Part shown: positions 1 to 12,425 of the stretch, piece by piece
Layout: every line of letters starts with the position of its first letter
Numbering within the stretch: the first letter of the stretch is position 1
NCBI GenBank assembly: GCA_038087875.1
Contig: CM075988.1
Coordinates: 19,532,001-19,596,000, forward strand
From: Malacoraja senta
Taxonomy: Eukaryota
DNA: 64,000 bases
Direction: 5' to 3'
Translations under genes and position numbers: made by a program
Notes under the pieces: model-generated
What the model was told of the DNA's origin: nothing
What the model saw: only the letters and a program-made list of their open reading frames with translations
Databases searched by the model: none

Positions 1-1929
1 AAAGGGAAAATAGATTATGAAAGAAAACTGGCAGGGAACATAAAAACTGACTGCAAAAGTTGTTATACATATGTGAATAGAAAGAGATTAGTTAAAACAA
101 ATGTAGGTCCCTTGCAGTCAGAAACAGGTGAATTGATCATGGGGAACAAGGACATGGCAGACCAATTGAATAACTACTTTGGTTCTGTCTTCACTGTGGA
201 AGACATAAATAATCTGCCGGAAATAGCAAGGGACCTACATTTGTTTTAACTAATGGAGTTAATGAGTCAAATGAGATGGAGGAACTGAGTGAAATCCAGG
301 TTAGCCAGGAAGTGGTGTTAGGTAAAGTGAATGGATTAAAGGCCGATAAATCCCCAGGGCCAGATAGGCTGCATCCCAGAGTACTTAAGGAAGTAGCCCC
401 AGAAATAGTGGATGCATTAGTGATAATTTTTCAAAATTCCTTAGATTCTGGAGTAGTTCCTGAGGATTTGAGGGTAGCTAATGTAACCCAACTTTTTAAA
501 AAGGGAGGGAGAGAGAAAACGGGGAATTACAGACCAGTTAGTCTAACATCGGTAGTGGGGAAACTGCTAGAGTCAATTATTAAAGATGGGATAGCAGCAC
601 ATTTGGAAAGTGGTGAAATCATTGGACAAAGTCAGCATGGATTTACGAAAGGTAAATCATGTCTGACGAATCTTATAGAATTTTTCGAGGATGTAACTAG
701 TAGAGTGGATAAGGGAGAACCAGTGGATGTGTTATATCTGGACTTTCCGAAGGCTTTCGACAAGGTCCCACATAAGAGATTAGTATACAAACTTAAAGCA
801 CACGGTATTAGGGGTTCAGTATTGATGTGGATAGAGAACTGGCTGGCAAACAGGAAGCAAAGAGTAGGAGTAAACGGGTCCTTTTCAGAATGGCAGGCAG
901 TGACTAGTGGGGTACCTCAAGGCTCAGTGCTAGGACCCCAGCTATTTACAATATATATTAATGATTTGGACGAGAGAATTGAATGCAACATCTCCAAGTT
1001 TGCGGATGACACGAAGCTGGGGGGCAGTGTTAGCTGTGAGGAGAATGCTAGGAGGCTGCAAGGTGACTTGGATAGATTGGGTGAGTGGGCAAATGCATGG
1101 CAGATGCAGTATAATGTGGATAAATGTGAGGTTATCCACTTTGGTGGCAAAAATAGGAAAGTAGACTATTATCTAAATGGTGGCCGATTAGGAAAAGGGG
1201 AGATGCAACGAGACCTGGGTGTCATGGTACACCAGTCATTGAAAGTAGGCATGCAGGTGCAGCAGGCAGTGAAGAAAGCGAATGGTATGTTAGCATTCAT
1301 AGCAAAAGGATTTGAGTATAGGAGCAGGGAGGTTCTACTGCAGTTGTACAGGGTCTTGGTGAGACGACACCTGGAGTATTGCGTACAGTTTTGGGCTCCA
1401 AATCTGAGGAAAGACATTCTTGCCATAGAGGGAGTACAGAGAAGGTTCACCAGACTGATTCCTGGGATGTCAGGACTTTCATATGAAGAAAGACTGGATA
1501 GACTCGGCTTGTACTCGCTAGAATTTAGCCGATTGAGGGGGGATCTTATAGAAACTTACAACATTCTTAAGGGATTGGACAGGCTAGATGCAGGAAGATT
1601 GTTCCCGATGTTGGGGAAGTCTAGGACAAGGGGTCACAGTTTAAGTATAAAGGGGAAATCCTTTAGGACCGAGATGAGAAAAACATTTTTCACACAGATA
1701 GTGGTGAATCTCTGGAACTCTCTGCCACAGAAGGTAGTTGAGGCCAGTTCATTGGCTATATTTAAGAGGGAGATAGATGTGGCCCTTGTGGCTAAAGAGA
1801 TCAGGGGGTATGGAGAGAAGGCAGGTACAGGATACTGAGTTGGATGATCAGCCATGATCATATTGAATGGCGGTGCAGGCTCGAAGGGCCGAATGGCCTA
1901 CTCCTGCACCTATTTTCTATGTTTCTATG
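1..1929 (+). mobile_element. CR1-clade LINE, 3' part (young; runs off the window start)
   Basis: Long RT ORF followed by the CR1 3' UTR (GATCAGCCATGATCATATTGAATGGCGG...GGCCGAATGGCCTACTCCTGCACC) and a (TTTCTATG)n tail at about 1914-1929. Confidence 0.95.
276..1838 (+). CDS. CR1 ORF2 reverse transcriptase, C-terminal 520 aa
   Basis: Motifs KSPGPD, NYRPVSLTSVVGK, QHGF, DFxKAFDKVPH, GVPQGSVLGP, FADDTKL, LEYCVQFW, VVNLWNSLP. Confidence 0.93.
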   Translation: MEELSEIQVSQEVVLGKVNGLKADKSPGPDRLHPRVLKEVAPEIVDALVIIFQNSLDSGVVPEDLRVANVTQLFKKGGREKTGNYRPVSLTSVVGKLLESIIKDGIAAHLESGEIIGQSQHGFTKGKSCLTNLIEFFEDVTSRVDKGEPVDVLYLDFPKAFDKVPHKRLVYKLKAHGIRGSVLMWIENWLANRKQRVGVNGSFSEWQAVTSGVPQGSVLGPQLFTIYINDLDERIECNISKFADDTKLGGSVSCEENARRLQGDLDRLGEWANAWQMQYNVDKCEVIHFGGKNRKVDYYLNGGRLGKGEMQRDLGVMVHQSLKVGMQVQQAVKKANGMLAFIAKGFEYRSREVLLQLYRVLVRRHLEYCVQFWAPNLRKDILAIEGVQRRFTRLIPGMSGLSYEERLDRLGLYSLEFSRLRGDLIETYNILKGLDRLDAGRLFPMLGKSRTRGHSLSIKGKSFRTEMRKTFFTQIVVNLWNSLPQKVVEASSLAIFKREIDVALVAKEIRGYGEKAGTGY

Positions 1930-2387
1930 GCCAAAAATCTAGCGATATATGGTAGCGTTTTTTCTAAAATCAATATGCAGCGCAGACAGGAAGTGGTCAA
2001 GATGAGACTTTTAGTTACATAGATGTATGATACCACAATGCAAAGATAGGCTTGGTTATTGGAAGTATTTAAATCATTCATTTTTGTAATCAGGAAATTG
2101 AGGGTGGTGGGGATCTGATGCAGAAGGGAATAGCAAGCCAGGAGACTGGAGCACCCTGAAGAAGCCCACGTGGTGACAGGGAGAACGTTCAAACTCCACA
2201 CAGACAGCATGCGAGGTCAGGGTTGAACTAGGGTCTCTAACTCTGTGAATCAGCAGCTCTACCAACTGCACCACAGTAGGGGAATCAGGGGTGGGCATGT
2301 GTGGGAGATGAGATTACGAGGAAATAAGTGGATGAATGGGATTACGCCGATATTTGGTACAAACTCACAGGATGAGCTATGTTGCTT

Positions 2388-2893
2388 TGAGGGAGTGCAG
2401 CGTAGGTTCACCAGGTTAATTCCAAGGATGGCGGGACTGATGTGTGATGAAAGAATGGGTTTACTGGGTTTATATTGACTGGAATTTAGAAGGATGAGAG
2501 GATATCTTATAGAAACATATAAAATTCTTAAATAATTGGACAGGCTAGATGTCGGAAAAATGATCCCGATGTTGGGGGTGTCCAGAACCAGGGGTCACAG
2601 TTTAAGAATAAGCGGTAGGCCATTTAGGACTGAGATGAAGAAAAAACACTTTTTCACCCAAAGAGTTGTGAATCTGTGGAATTCTCTGCCGCAGAAGGCA
2701 GTGGAGGCCAATTCACTGGATGTTTCAAGAGAGAGTTAGAAATAGCTCTTAGGGCTAACTGAATCAATGGAGATGGGGAGAAAGCAGGAACGGGGTACTG
2801 ATTTCGGATGATCAGCCATGATGATATTGAATGGCGGTGCTGGTTCGAATTGCCAAATGGCCTACTCTTCTTCCTATTTTCTATGTTTCTATG
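2388..2893 (+). mobile_element. 5'-truncated CR1 fragment
   Basis: EGVQRRFTRLIP...VVNLWNSLP homology, same 3' UTR and TTTCTATG tail. Confidence 0.9.
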
Positions 2894-4850
2894 ATGAATG
2901 GTATCGTTCAATGCCGTATGTGAAAAATAAAAATATGAAATTTCACAACCTCAGGACATTGCCAACTACTGTAAAATCCTTTTGAAATGCAGTCACTGTT
3001 GCTGTGACCTCTCCCTCCCAACAGAACAGGTGGTGAAAAGGAACATTGTTAAAGTGAGGACTAATGGGGAATAAATCCTCTAAACACGTTAAAAATTTCA
3101 CCGGTTCAATAGAGGGGCAAATATCTCTGGAAAAGTATTTTTTGTCATTAAGCAATCAACTATGAAACTGCTTTGATCACACCACTGCCTCAAATCAAGG
3201 CATTACATCAGGATCATGTTCTGTGCAAAAGTCACTAACAGCAAACCATTCATGTAATTCAATTGGTACAACAAATTTACTTTTCTCTCTTTCCTTGAAC
3301 ACACTTCATATGCTTTCTGCCTTTCTGCCTTTCTTCCCTTGAGAAAGTCTCCAGCTGGCTACTCCATTCAAAGAGCCTTCAATGCTGACTCTGACCTGAT
3401 CAGTCTTTGAACGAAGAAGATGGCAAAAAGTGGTGAACACTGCCCAGCCCAGCACGGGTACTGACGTCCCCACCATCGAAGTGATCTACAGGATTCTCTG
3501 CCTCAAAAAGGCAACCAGCATCATCAGAAACCCACACCACCCTGGCCACATTCTTATTTCACTCCTACAATCAGGAAGAAGGCATAGGAGACTGAATATT
3601 GTACCTCATACCCAATTGCACGTGACAAGAATAAGCAAAACTAAACTGAGTTTAACCCGGCCTCATGTTCGGCATGGACATAGTGGGCCGAAGGCCTGAG
3701 GCTGTGCTTTATGTTCTATTTCTACTGCAACCCATTTCATAATTCTGGGATGTTGCTCAATAGCTCTTTGGACCTTTATGTTCACCAAGTTCTCTGATGC
3801 TCATTTTTAACTGGTTCCTTCAGTCCATCATTCTCGCTACACCCTTGGTTCTCCAAAACCTCTGGCAGGATTTTTTTGTGTTTTCTTCCATGAAGACCAA
3901 CAAAAAATAGTTTTCAGCACCTGCTCCACCCCATTTTCTGCATTCCAGCTTGAGTCCAAATGGGTTTCAACTAATAGCTTGGTCTGAGTTAGCAGAGTCT
4001 ATACTGGGAACCTGAGACTGTCCAATGTACATAGAACAAGCCAAATTCACCAGGTATTAATTTCCTCGTCTGCTGGCCTGCCCGGTGAGTCTTGCAATTC
4101 TCCGATCTGCAGAGAATAGTTAACTGGGCCGCTCATCAGCAGAGTAGTGCTCATTCGCTCTATTTGAGCAACTGATTTGTGAAATTAAAGATGAACAAAA
4201 CAGAACAATTTAGATCCTCAGTAATTCCTTTTTTTTTGGTGCATCCAAGTGTAAGGAAAGAAATGAAATATATCCTGGACAACTCTTAGAAACAGAGAGC
4301 TGACCATTGCAAGAATTTGTTCAGCAAAACACAAAGTGCTGGAGGAACTCAACAGGTAAGCCTGCATCGGTGGAGGGAATGGACGGACGATGTTTTGCAT
4401 CGGGACCCTTCTTCAGACTGTAGACACAAAATGCTGGAATAACTCAGCGGGACAGGCAGCATCTCTGGAGAGAAGGAATGGGTGACCCATTCGGGCCAAG
4501 ACCCTTCTTCAGACTGATGGGAGTAGATGGGAGAAAGAGGGGAAAGAGGAGGGGTGGGGCAAAGCCCGGCAAGTGATAAGCAGCAAGTGCTGAGGACAGG
4601 CAGGTGGCTGTAATAGCGAGTCTGGGTCAGAACATGGTCAAAGAGCAGGGGAGCAGCAGCAATCACAGAGGCAGAGCAGTGAGAGGGTCTCCCATCAGCG
4701 ATGGCATATCTGGGCTAGCCTGATATCAACAGTATGTTTATTCCCCTTATGAACATAAAACATTTTGATCAGTACAGCACAGGAACAGGAACGGCCCACA
4801 ATATCTGCACCAAACGTGATGCCAAGTTAAACTCATCTCTGCATGCTCAT

Positions 4851-5143
4851 TTAGTTTAGTTTAGTTTAAAGATACAGTGCAGAAACAGGCCCTTTAACCC
4901 ACTGAGTCTGCGCTGACCAACAATCCACTTACACTAGGGACAATTTACAATTTTACCAAGCCAATTAACCTACAAGCCTGTACGTCTTTGGAGTGTGGGA
5001 CGAAGCCGGAGCACCCGGAGAAAACCCACGCATGTCTTGGGGAGAAAGTACAAACTCCATACCGACAGCACCCATAGTCAGGATCTAACTCGGGTCTCCA
5101 GCGCTGTAAGGCAGCAACTCCACCGCTGCGCCACCGTGCTGCC
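4851..5143 (-). mobile_element. tRNA-derived V-SINE (HE1-like)
   Basis: Minus strand has a GGCAGCACGGTGGCGCAGCGGTGGAG head, V-domain-like core (GGAGTTTGTAC..CTCCCC..GCGTGGGTTTTCTCCGGGTGCTCCGG) and (AAACT)n tail. Confidence 0.8.
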
Positions 5144-7399
5144 CCTGATCCATATTCTTCCATTCCCAGCAAATCCATGTGCCTATCCAAAAGCCTCTTA
5201 AACTAGTGTTGTAGATACCTCCACCACTGACCCCTGGTAGTGCGTTACAGGCACCCATCACTCTCTGTGTAAAAATAAAATGTCCCCGCACATCTCCTTT
5301 CAACTTTGCTCCTCTCGCCTTAGAGCTTTGACCTCTAATCTTTGACACCATTGGAGTAAAGGGTCTGACTATATATCCTTTGTGTACCTCTCATGTTTTT
5401 ATATACTTCTATCAGGTGGGTCACTCACTAACTCAGTGGGTGAAATGTGTCGTATTAGTAAATCATACAAGTTCTAAATAAATGCTAAATTTCCCATTTC
5501 CCATATTTAGCTATCATATTAGACGATGCTTCTTCATAAATGGATTGTTTGAAATTTTTAACAAGCTCATACAAAGCAATCCACAATTTTAATGTTATCA
5601 TTTGACGGGTAAAATAAATGGTCACTCCTTCACCAGAATAACAAAGAATGTGATACGAGTGCCTCAAATGTTAATGCACTAATATTTAAAGAGCTCAATT
5701 TCAGGGCATCAGATGCATAATTCAGTGGAAAACTATTGCCAGAGGAAACCTGATCATTTTAATCCATTGTGCATTTTACGGCTGATTTACTTTCATTTCT
5801 CAAAGAAAAATAGTTTATATTTTTAAATTAACTGATACTGCTATTCTGATAGGTTTGCACTGAATAGATTTGATGGGAGCACTCTTGCTATGGTCTGCTT
5901 AGATTTGCCTTCACAGCACTTACATGAACCACATTCTCAGGTGAAAGGTTCAATTGAATGCAATGAGATGTGAATATTTTGGTAAATAGAAACTAAAATT
6001 TGTCTCCGATGTCCATATGAACCAATTTTATTTTCTCAGGAGAACTGACACCGTTCTTTGATTTTGACCTCAAAAATTCTCAAAGACATTTACAAAGCCG
6101 AGCTCAAAATGAAGAGGTTAGAATAGAGGTCCCGCTGTGCATTTTTATGGTTTAATGACCTCATATCGCAGAGAAAAGCTTGTGAGTTGTAATTAAGAAA
6201 ATCCATGCCTATACTACCAATGACAGCAATAAAATATATATACGTAGCAAATAGACGGAGGAATTTGTACAATAAAATTCAGACGTCAGGGAGGATGGTG
6301 CTAAACAGTCAAAGGGCTTGGAATCTTCAGGTTGCCTCTCTCTACCCACACAAGGCAAAATGCAAGGTCTCCTCAATAGCTGCTGGGTTCATGGCAAGAG
6401 GAGGGACAAAGCCATGAATATGTTCAAGGCAGTCAGGCAGTGAAGCGAGACTGAGCAAATCTGAGCATTGAAATCGAATTGAAAAGGCATAAACGAAAGC
6501 TAAATTGACAATATTTATAAGATGAATTGAAAATCAGCGAGACATGTAATGCCAGATAGAGTTTTGTAAACAAAAATTTGAATGTGAGCCATCGCACAGT
6601 CAGAGCTGTGTGAATCTGTGCATAATTCATGAATTGGGTCTGCTTTCTCGAAAAGTCAACATTGGCATTTCTGAAGTGCATGGTTTTAATTCACCAAACG
6701 CCAGGTCCTCATCTCCAAACACCCCAAAAAGGACATCCAGTCATTCATTTGCAGATCTCGTACATACAGGAAAATTGAACAAAATTGATTCATTTACTCT
6801 GTGAGCACCACACAAAGCTTGCCACAAAACCTAAGACGAAGTTGGATCACATTGTTATTACATGTTGGTGTGTGCAATGATCAACTTGACAAAGACATTT
6901 GTTGTTTTTCTTTTCTTCCATGTTTTCCAGAGATGCTGCCTGACCGCTGAGTTACTACGGCACTTTGTGTCTATCTTTGGTATAAACCAGCATCTGCAGT
7001 CCTTTATTTTACATTTCCCTTTTCTTTTGTTCAGGAAGATTATTTTCAACAAGCCGTTCTGAAACTGTCACTGTTCTAACTTGGAACATATCAAGTCAAG
7101 AGTCAAGTGGGAAGTCTTGAGGGTCAAGCTGCTTGGTTGGAACATTAGTCTAAATGCAACAGTTTTGAAGGGCCAGTTGTTCTTGCATCGTTCAATGTAG
7201 ACAATCGAATTAAGAGGAGTGTTTAATAGTCATATGTACCGGCAACCGAACAATGATAGTCATATTTGCTGCGGCTTTGCAGGCCCTTCTAACACAATAG
7301 CACATAGATAAATATACAATAATCAGGAATAATTGGTAACCTAACCATAACAGTACAAACCAAAGTATACAGTGCAAATTAAACAAACCTCATTGTAGA

Positions 7400-7900
7400 T
7401 TGTTGCTGGAATAGGATTGTGGTGATGGTTGTGCAGGTTCTTGGGCCTGTTGGGTGCTGGCAAGAAGCTGTTCTGGAACCTGGAGGTCACGGTTTTCAGA
7501 CTCCTGTACCTTCTTCCCGATGGAAGTAATGAGATGAGAGCGTTGCCAAGGGTCTTTGATAATATTAGTTGCTTTTTTGAGGCAGTGCCTCCTGTAGACC
7601 CCTTTGAAAATGGGGAGGTCACCATCTGTGATGGACCAGGCAGTGTCTAATACGTTTTGCAGCTTCCATTGCTCCTGAGCATTCGAGTTACCGAACCAGG
7701 CCATGATGCAACCAATCAACATGCTATCTACCGTACACTTGTAGAAGTTTGATAAATTATTTGGAGATATACTGCAATCATCTAAGGAAGTAGATGGATT
7801 GATGAATTTTGTATGTGATTGCATCGATATGCTGGCCCAAGACAGATCTTCAGAGATATGCACACCCAGGAATGTGAACTTGTTGACTCTCTCCATCACC
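7400..7900 (-). mobile_element. Degenerate Rex1/Babar-like LINE RT C-terminal fragment
   Basis: FTFLGVHISEDLSW, FYKCTVDS, CIMAWFGN, LLPSGRRYRSL, spread over frameshifted ORFs. Confidence 0.75.
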
Positions 7901-8757
7901 AGGCAGTTCACAGATCCTCAGATCTCTTTTCCATCAAACAGCTTTTGTCTCACTCTGCATGACTACACTTCTCATCTGTTGTATCCCCATATTTCCCACG
8001 ATAGTAGAGCTGACAGATGCCCAGTAAATGTTATGGAAGGAAACCGATTTTATTCTGTTAGAGTTTAGGTCTCTACACCAATGGTAGAAACCAGGGGGAC
8101 TGTCAGTTCTCAGTTTCTCGCATATTTCCCTTCTCAGGCACTTTCCTCCAACAATATGACTCTGTGGATTGTAAAGTCAAGTCCAGGAGTTGAAATCGCT
8201 CTGTCTTTCCTGGTGGGGGGGGGGGGGGATAGATTTTAAATTGTGTTTTTAGTGAAGTTATGTCTGTTGTTCAGGAGCAGAATGTCGTCATTTCTGCCAT
8301 CGAACACCAACTTCAGTTACCTGAAGGTCTGATACAGATGGAAATAGTAAAGTTCATCAACAAAGGGTGCTCATAACTTCCCCTCACAAGGACAATCAGT
8401 GCTTCGAAATTTTTATTCACAAACACAACCAAATACCACTTCAACTGCGCAAAATATTATTGCCTTACACCTAGTGATAACAAGATGGCGCCCAAGCTAG
8501 GCGACTCTGTGCCTAGAAGCGGTCTGTTGGTCCCAGAAGTGGATCTGCAATCGCGCCACTCTTTAAAACATCTACTCCAACAGCATCCTGTTGTTATACT
8601 GTATCTGTGCACTGCGGACGGCTTGATTGTAATCATGTATAGTCTTTCTGCTGATTGGAAAGCACGAGACAATAAACTAAACTAAACTAAGGCTAAACTG
8701 AAGACTGTAGTTGCAGTGTGGGGCACCTGCAAGATGCACCGCACTGCAACTCGATAA

Positions 8758-9012
8758 AGGGCCTGTCACACTTGGCAATTTTTTCAGCATCTGCCGGCAT
8801 CGTTGACTGACGTATCAGGTCACCGAAACGTCGCAGTGTGACGCGTCGGTGACGTAGCGGTGATGCGCCGTGACGCAGCGTGATGAAGTATGACGCACGG
8901 TGTTTTTTCGAGTGTCGCAACGTTTTTTTGTTGTCGCTGCTGTATTTTGAAATGTTCAAGATCTTTTGACGACATTGATATGATGCCGAAAAAAATCGCC
9001 AAGTGGGACAGG
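8758..9012. mobile_element. PIF/Harbinger-type MITE (right tip eroded)
   Basis: TAA then AGGGCCTGTCACACTTGGCAATTTTTT ... AAAAAATCGCCAAGTGGGACAGG inverted ends; CpG-rich interior. Confidence 0.75.
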
Positions 9013-10044
9013 ATGCTACAACAGCAACCCCCCCCCCCCAAACCCATGGTTTCTCCCATTTCTCTAGAGCGTTGGAGATTGAGGGGTGACCTAGTAAAAG
9101 TATATCAAATTATGTTAGGGTAGACAATCAAAATTAAGACTAGATGGCATAGGTTTAAGATGTGAGGGGGCAAAGCATAAAGGAGATGTGTAGGGCAATT
9201 TCTTTTAACAGAGGGTGGTGGGGGCCTGAAACACATTGCCATGGGTGGTGAATGAGGCAGATATGATAATGGGGTTTGAGAGGCTTTTGGATAGGCATAT
9301 TGATATTCAGGGAATGGAGAGATATGGATCATGTGTCGGCTGAGGGGATTTGTTTAAATTGGCATCATGTTCGTAATGGACATTGTGGGCCGAAGGGCCT
9401 TTTCCTATGCTATCCTGTTCTATTTTTAAGAATGGTATTGGCAGCTGGTGCAGGGGAACACCACCACCTACAGGTTCCCCTCAAAGTTGCGCGTAATCCT
9501 AACTTGGAAATATATTGCTTTTCTTTCATTGTCATTGGGTCTAAATCTTGGATTTACCTCAACATTAGGTCATGTGGGACCACATTCACTGGACGAACTG
9601 CAGCAGTTGAAGAAGACGACACAAACCTTTCCGAATCCCGAAAATGAATTCATTTAAAATACATACCTACTGACAGACACATTTCACACACTCAATATCA
9701 TCAAAGACCCACCACACCCTGGCCACGCTCTCATCTTGCTCCTACCACCAGGAAGAAGTACAGGAGCATGAAATCCAGGTTCAAGAACAGCTTCTTCCAC
9801 ACAAACATCAGGCCTTTGAACATTACAAACTAACTAAGCAACTGTGATATGCTATAGACTGAGCTTTGGTTGCACGACGGACTTCAGTTTTGCACTATTA
9901 TGGTCTGGTTACCCAGTATTAGAGCAGTTAATTTATTGTATTACTGATTATTAGTTTATTGTATGATTATTTTTGTTTATTTATATTTATTGTATATGAC
10001 AATGAAGTACACGTGACTCTCGAAACACATTCTCCCTATCTCTC

Positions 10045-10143
10045 TCACACACACACACACGCACGCACGCATGCACGCGCACACGCACGCGCACACACAC
10101 GCACGCACACACACGCCTGCACACACACACGCCTGCACACACA
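10045..10143. repeat. CA/CG-type microsatellite
   Basis: (CA)n mixed with (CACG)n. Confidence 0.95.
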
Positions 10144-10619
10144 TAATAGAAACTAGCAGCTGCAAATGCTGGTTTGCACAAAATTACACAAAGTGCAGGA
10201 GTAACTCAGCAGGTCAGGCAGTATCTCTGGAGAACATGGATAGGTGACGTTTTGAGTCAGGACCCTTCTTTAGACTGATTGTAGGTGGAGTAGGGGGGAA
10301 AGAAGGCTAAAAGAGAGGAGATGCAGGACAAAGCATGGCAGGTAAAATGTGTGCACACTTACATGAGATTAGTATGGGTGTCAAAGGAGAAGGCAGGAGA
10401 ATGGGATTGAGAGGGACAGATGAATCACGATTGAACGGCAGGATGGACACGATGGGCCAAATGGCCTAATTCTGCTCCGAAAACTTATGAACTTATGAAC
10501 TTATGAGAAGCACTTCATTTGATCAGTAGGTTATGCCACTTTAATTTTGGTAACGCAATCCTTGAAAAAGTTGAAAAATTCATAATCAAACCAAAGAGAT
10601 GGCAGTGGTGAATGGTGAA

Positions 10620-10960
10620 GGGGAGAGACAGCAGCTGTGAACAGTCCGCAAACTCGCCTTCCGCATCCTCGGAAAGCGCCCTAAAGTTCCATCCCCAGCT
10701 CGGGAAGTGGGACACGGTAACCTCGGCGCACGGAAGCAGAGGGGCGGCTGCTGGAGGTGATGGACGGTACGTTTTCGGTGGCGTAGGCGGAGGTGGTGGC
10801 GGGAGGCCCTACAGCAGCCAGGCGAGCGAGCGAGCGGATCGAGTGCAGCCTGCGGCAACTGCACGGAGCGGCGGTGAAAGGAGCCGACGGCATCACGCTG
10901 GGCAAGGCCGAACCCTACTTCACCCATCCAGTGCCGCCATGACACCGGGCCTTAAAGCGA
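10620..10960. promoter_or_regulatory. CpG-rich island-like segment (possible first exon/5' UTR or retrocopied 5' UTR)
   Basis: High CpG content in an AT-rich background, GCGA repeats, GCCGCCATG at 10933-10941, no recognisable TE ends. Confidence 0.35.
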
Positions 10961-11097
10961 GAAAATAAGAAACTGCAGATCTCCTTGGGCCAAGATCGGA
11001 CTTTTCAGAGATTTAGAAGTTACAGGATGGCACTGCCAACTCTCTGCATGCTGCTGTTCCAGAAGAGGATCAATTATAATCCTGTACAGTTGTTTCA

Positions 11098-11317
11098 GAA
11101 AGAACTGCAGATGCTGGAAAAATTGAAGGTAGACAAAAAATGCTGGAGAAACTCAGCGGGTGAGGCAGCATCTATGGAGAGAAGGAATAGGTGACGTTTC
11201 GGGTCGAGATCCTTCTTCAGACTGATGTCGGGGGGGTCTCGACCCGAAACATCACCTATTTCTTCTCTCCATAGATGCTGCCTCACCCGCTGAGTTTCTC
11301 CAGCATTTTTTGTCTAC
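11098..11317. mobile_element. Penelope-derived terminal-repeat element, inverted pair
   Basis: GGTAGACAAAAAATGCTGGAGAAACTCAGCGGGTGAGGCAGCATC...TTTCGGGTCGAGA followed by its reverse complement; same sequence as the 3' end of the Penelope copies at 17 kb and 60 kb. Confidence 0.75.
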
Positions 11318-12031
11318 CATACTCCTGTACAGTGCGATTTGACAAGATAGCATGCAGAACAAGCTTTTCACTCTATCTCTGTACACGTGATAATAAATAA
11401 TCCAAACCAAACCAAACCTAGGACTGTAAATATTTATAATAGTGGAAAGGAACCTTGTTCATGAATAATACTGGATACTCAATAATGCTGTTTGAGACAA
11501 TAAAAGAAGCCATGCAGTAAGGCACGTGGGTTATGTGTTTGAACTTTGTCCGTTGCACATTGGACGTGACATTTGTTGATGCAGTAAACATGGTGCAGGA
11601 GAAACCAGTGATGGAACTTCTCATTCCCACAGTGAGCAGCTGATCAATTCAGTTGCTTCTGTTACTCCTTCAGATCTACTGCAAAACATCTCACTCACTG
11701 GAACAGTGTTAAATAATTAAGCAAGAAATATTGCTACTTGTTCAAGGTTAATTCGGTTCATTTGGCAGAGGAGATTAGCTTAATTTAGCATCATAATTCA
11801 GCAGGGACAATGAATGTTTTTTTTCGTATGCTGTACTGTTCTTTTCGATGTTCTCTATATCTCTTTCCATTTAAACAATTCTCTTTGCCAACGTCCCAGC
11901 TGGTGTCATTCCCATTTCTCTCACTAACTTATTGGTCAATTGTGTTGCAGTAGAAACACGTTACTCTTTGATATTCAAGAGTCAAGTCAAGTCAAGAGTC
12001 AAAAATCAAGAGTGTATAATTGTCATATATT

Positions 12032-12425
12032 ATGGGCGGAAATCCTGGGGGAGATGGGGGGGGGGGGTGCCTGTCCCCCCCCCACGTTCTGAAAGGTGGG
12101 GGACAATCCCCCTCCATGTTTTGTGAGACATGTTGCAGTAAAACCGCCTGGGAATGTCTGTAGCGCCCAGGTCAGCTGGCAGGTCTGGCTGTAGCACCCA
12201 GGTTCCCTGCGTCCCCTGGCATTGGCTGTAGCGCCCAGGTTGCCTACATGCCCTGAGACTGGCTGCAGTTCCCAGGTCGCAAAAACGAATTGGAAAAAAA
12301 TACGCCTGTGGGCCGGATGATTTCGGGTTAAGGGCCAGATCCGTAGGTTGCCGACCCGTCCGAAATGTCAGGCCTCATTGTGTCCCCCCCCCCCCCCCCA
12401 TGTTTTAAAAGTGATTTCCGCCCAT
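12032..12425. mobile_element. Non-autonomous DNA transposon (MITE) with 13-bp TIR
   Basis: ATGGGCGGAAATC (12032-12044) / GATTTCCGCCCAT (12413-12425); G/C homopolymer subterminal tracts; internal tandem CTGGCTGTAGCGCCCAGG repeats. Confidence 0.75.

Noticed and set aside
4051..4171. Possible minus-strand exon (AQIERMSTTLLMSGPVNYSLQIGELQDSPGRPADEEINT)
   Set aside because: Splice-like ends and an open frame, but no recognisable homology and competing plus-strand signals
6041..6117. Possible plus-strand exon (ELTPFFDFDLKNSQRHLQSRAQNEE)
   Set aside because: Short, unrecognised, no partner exons found
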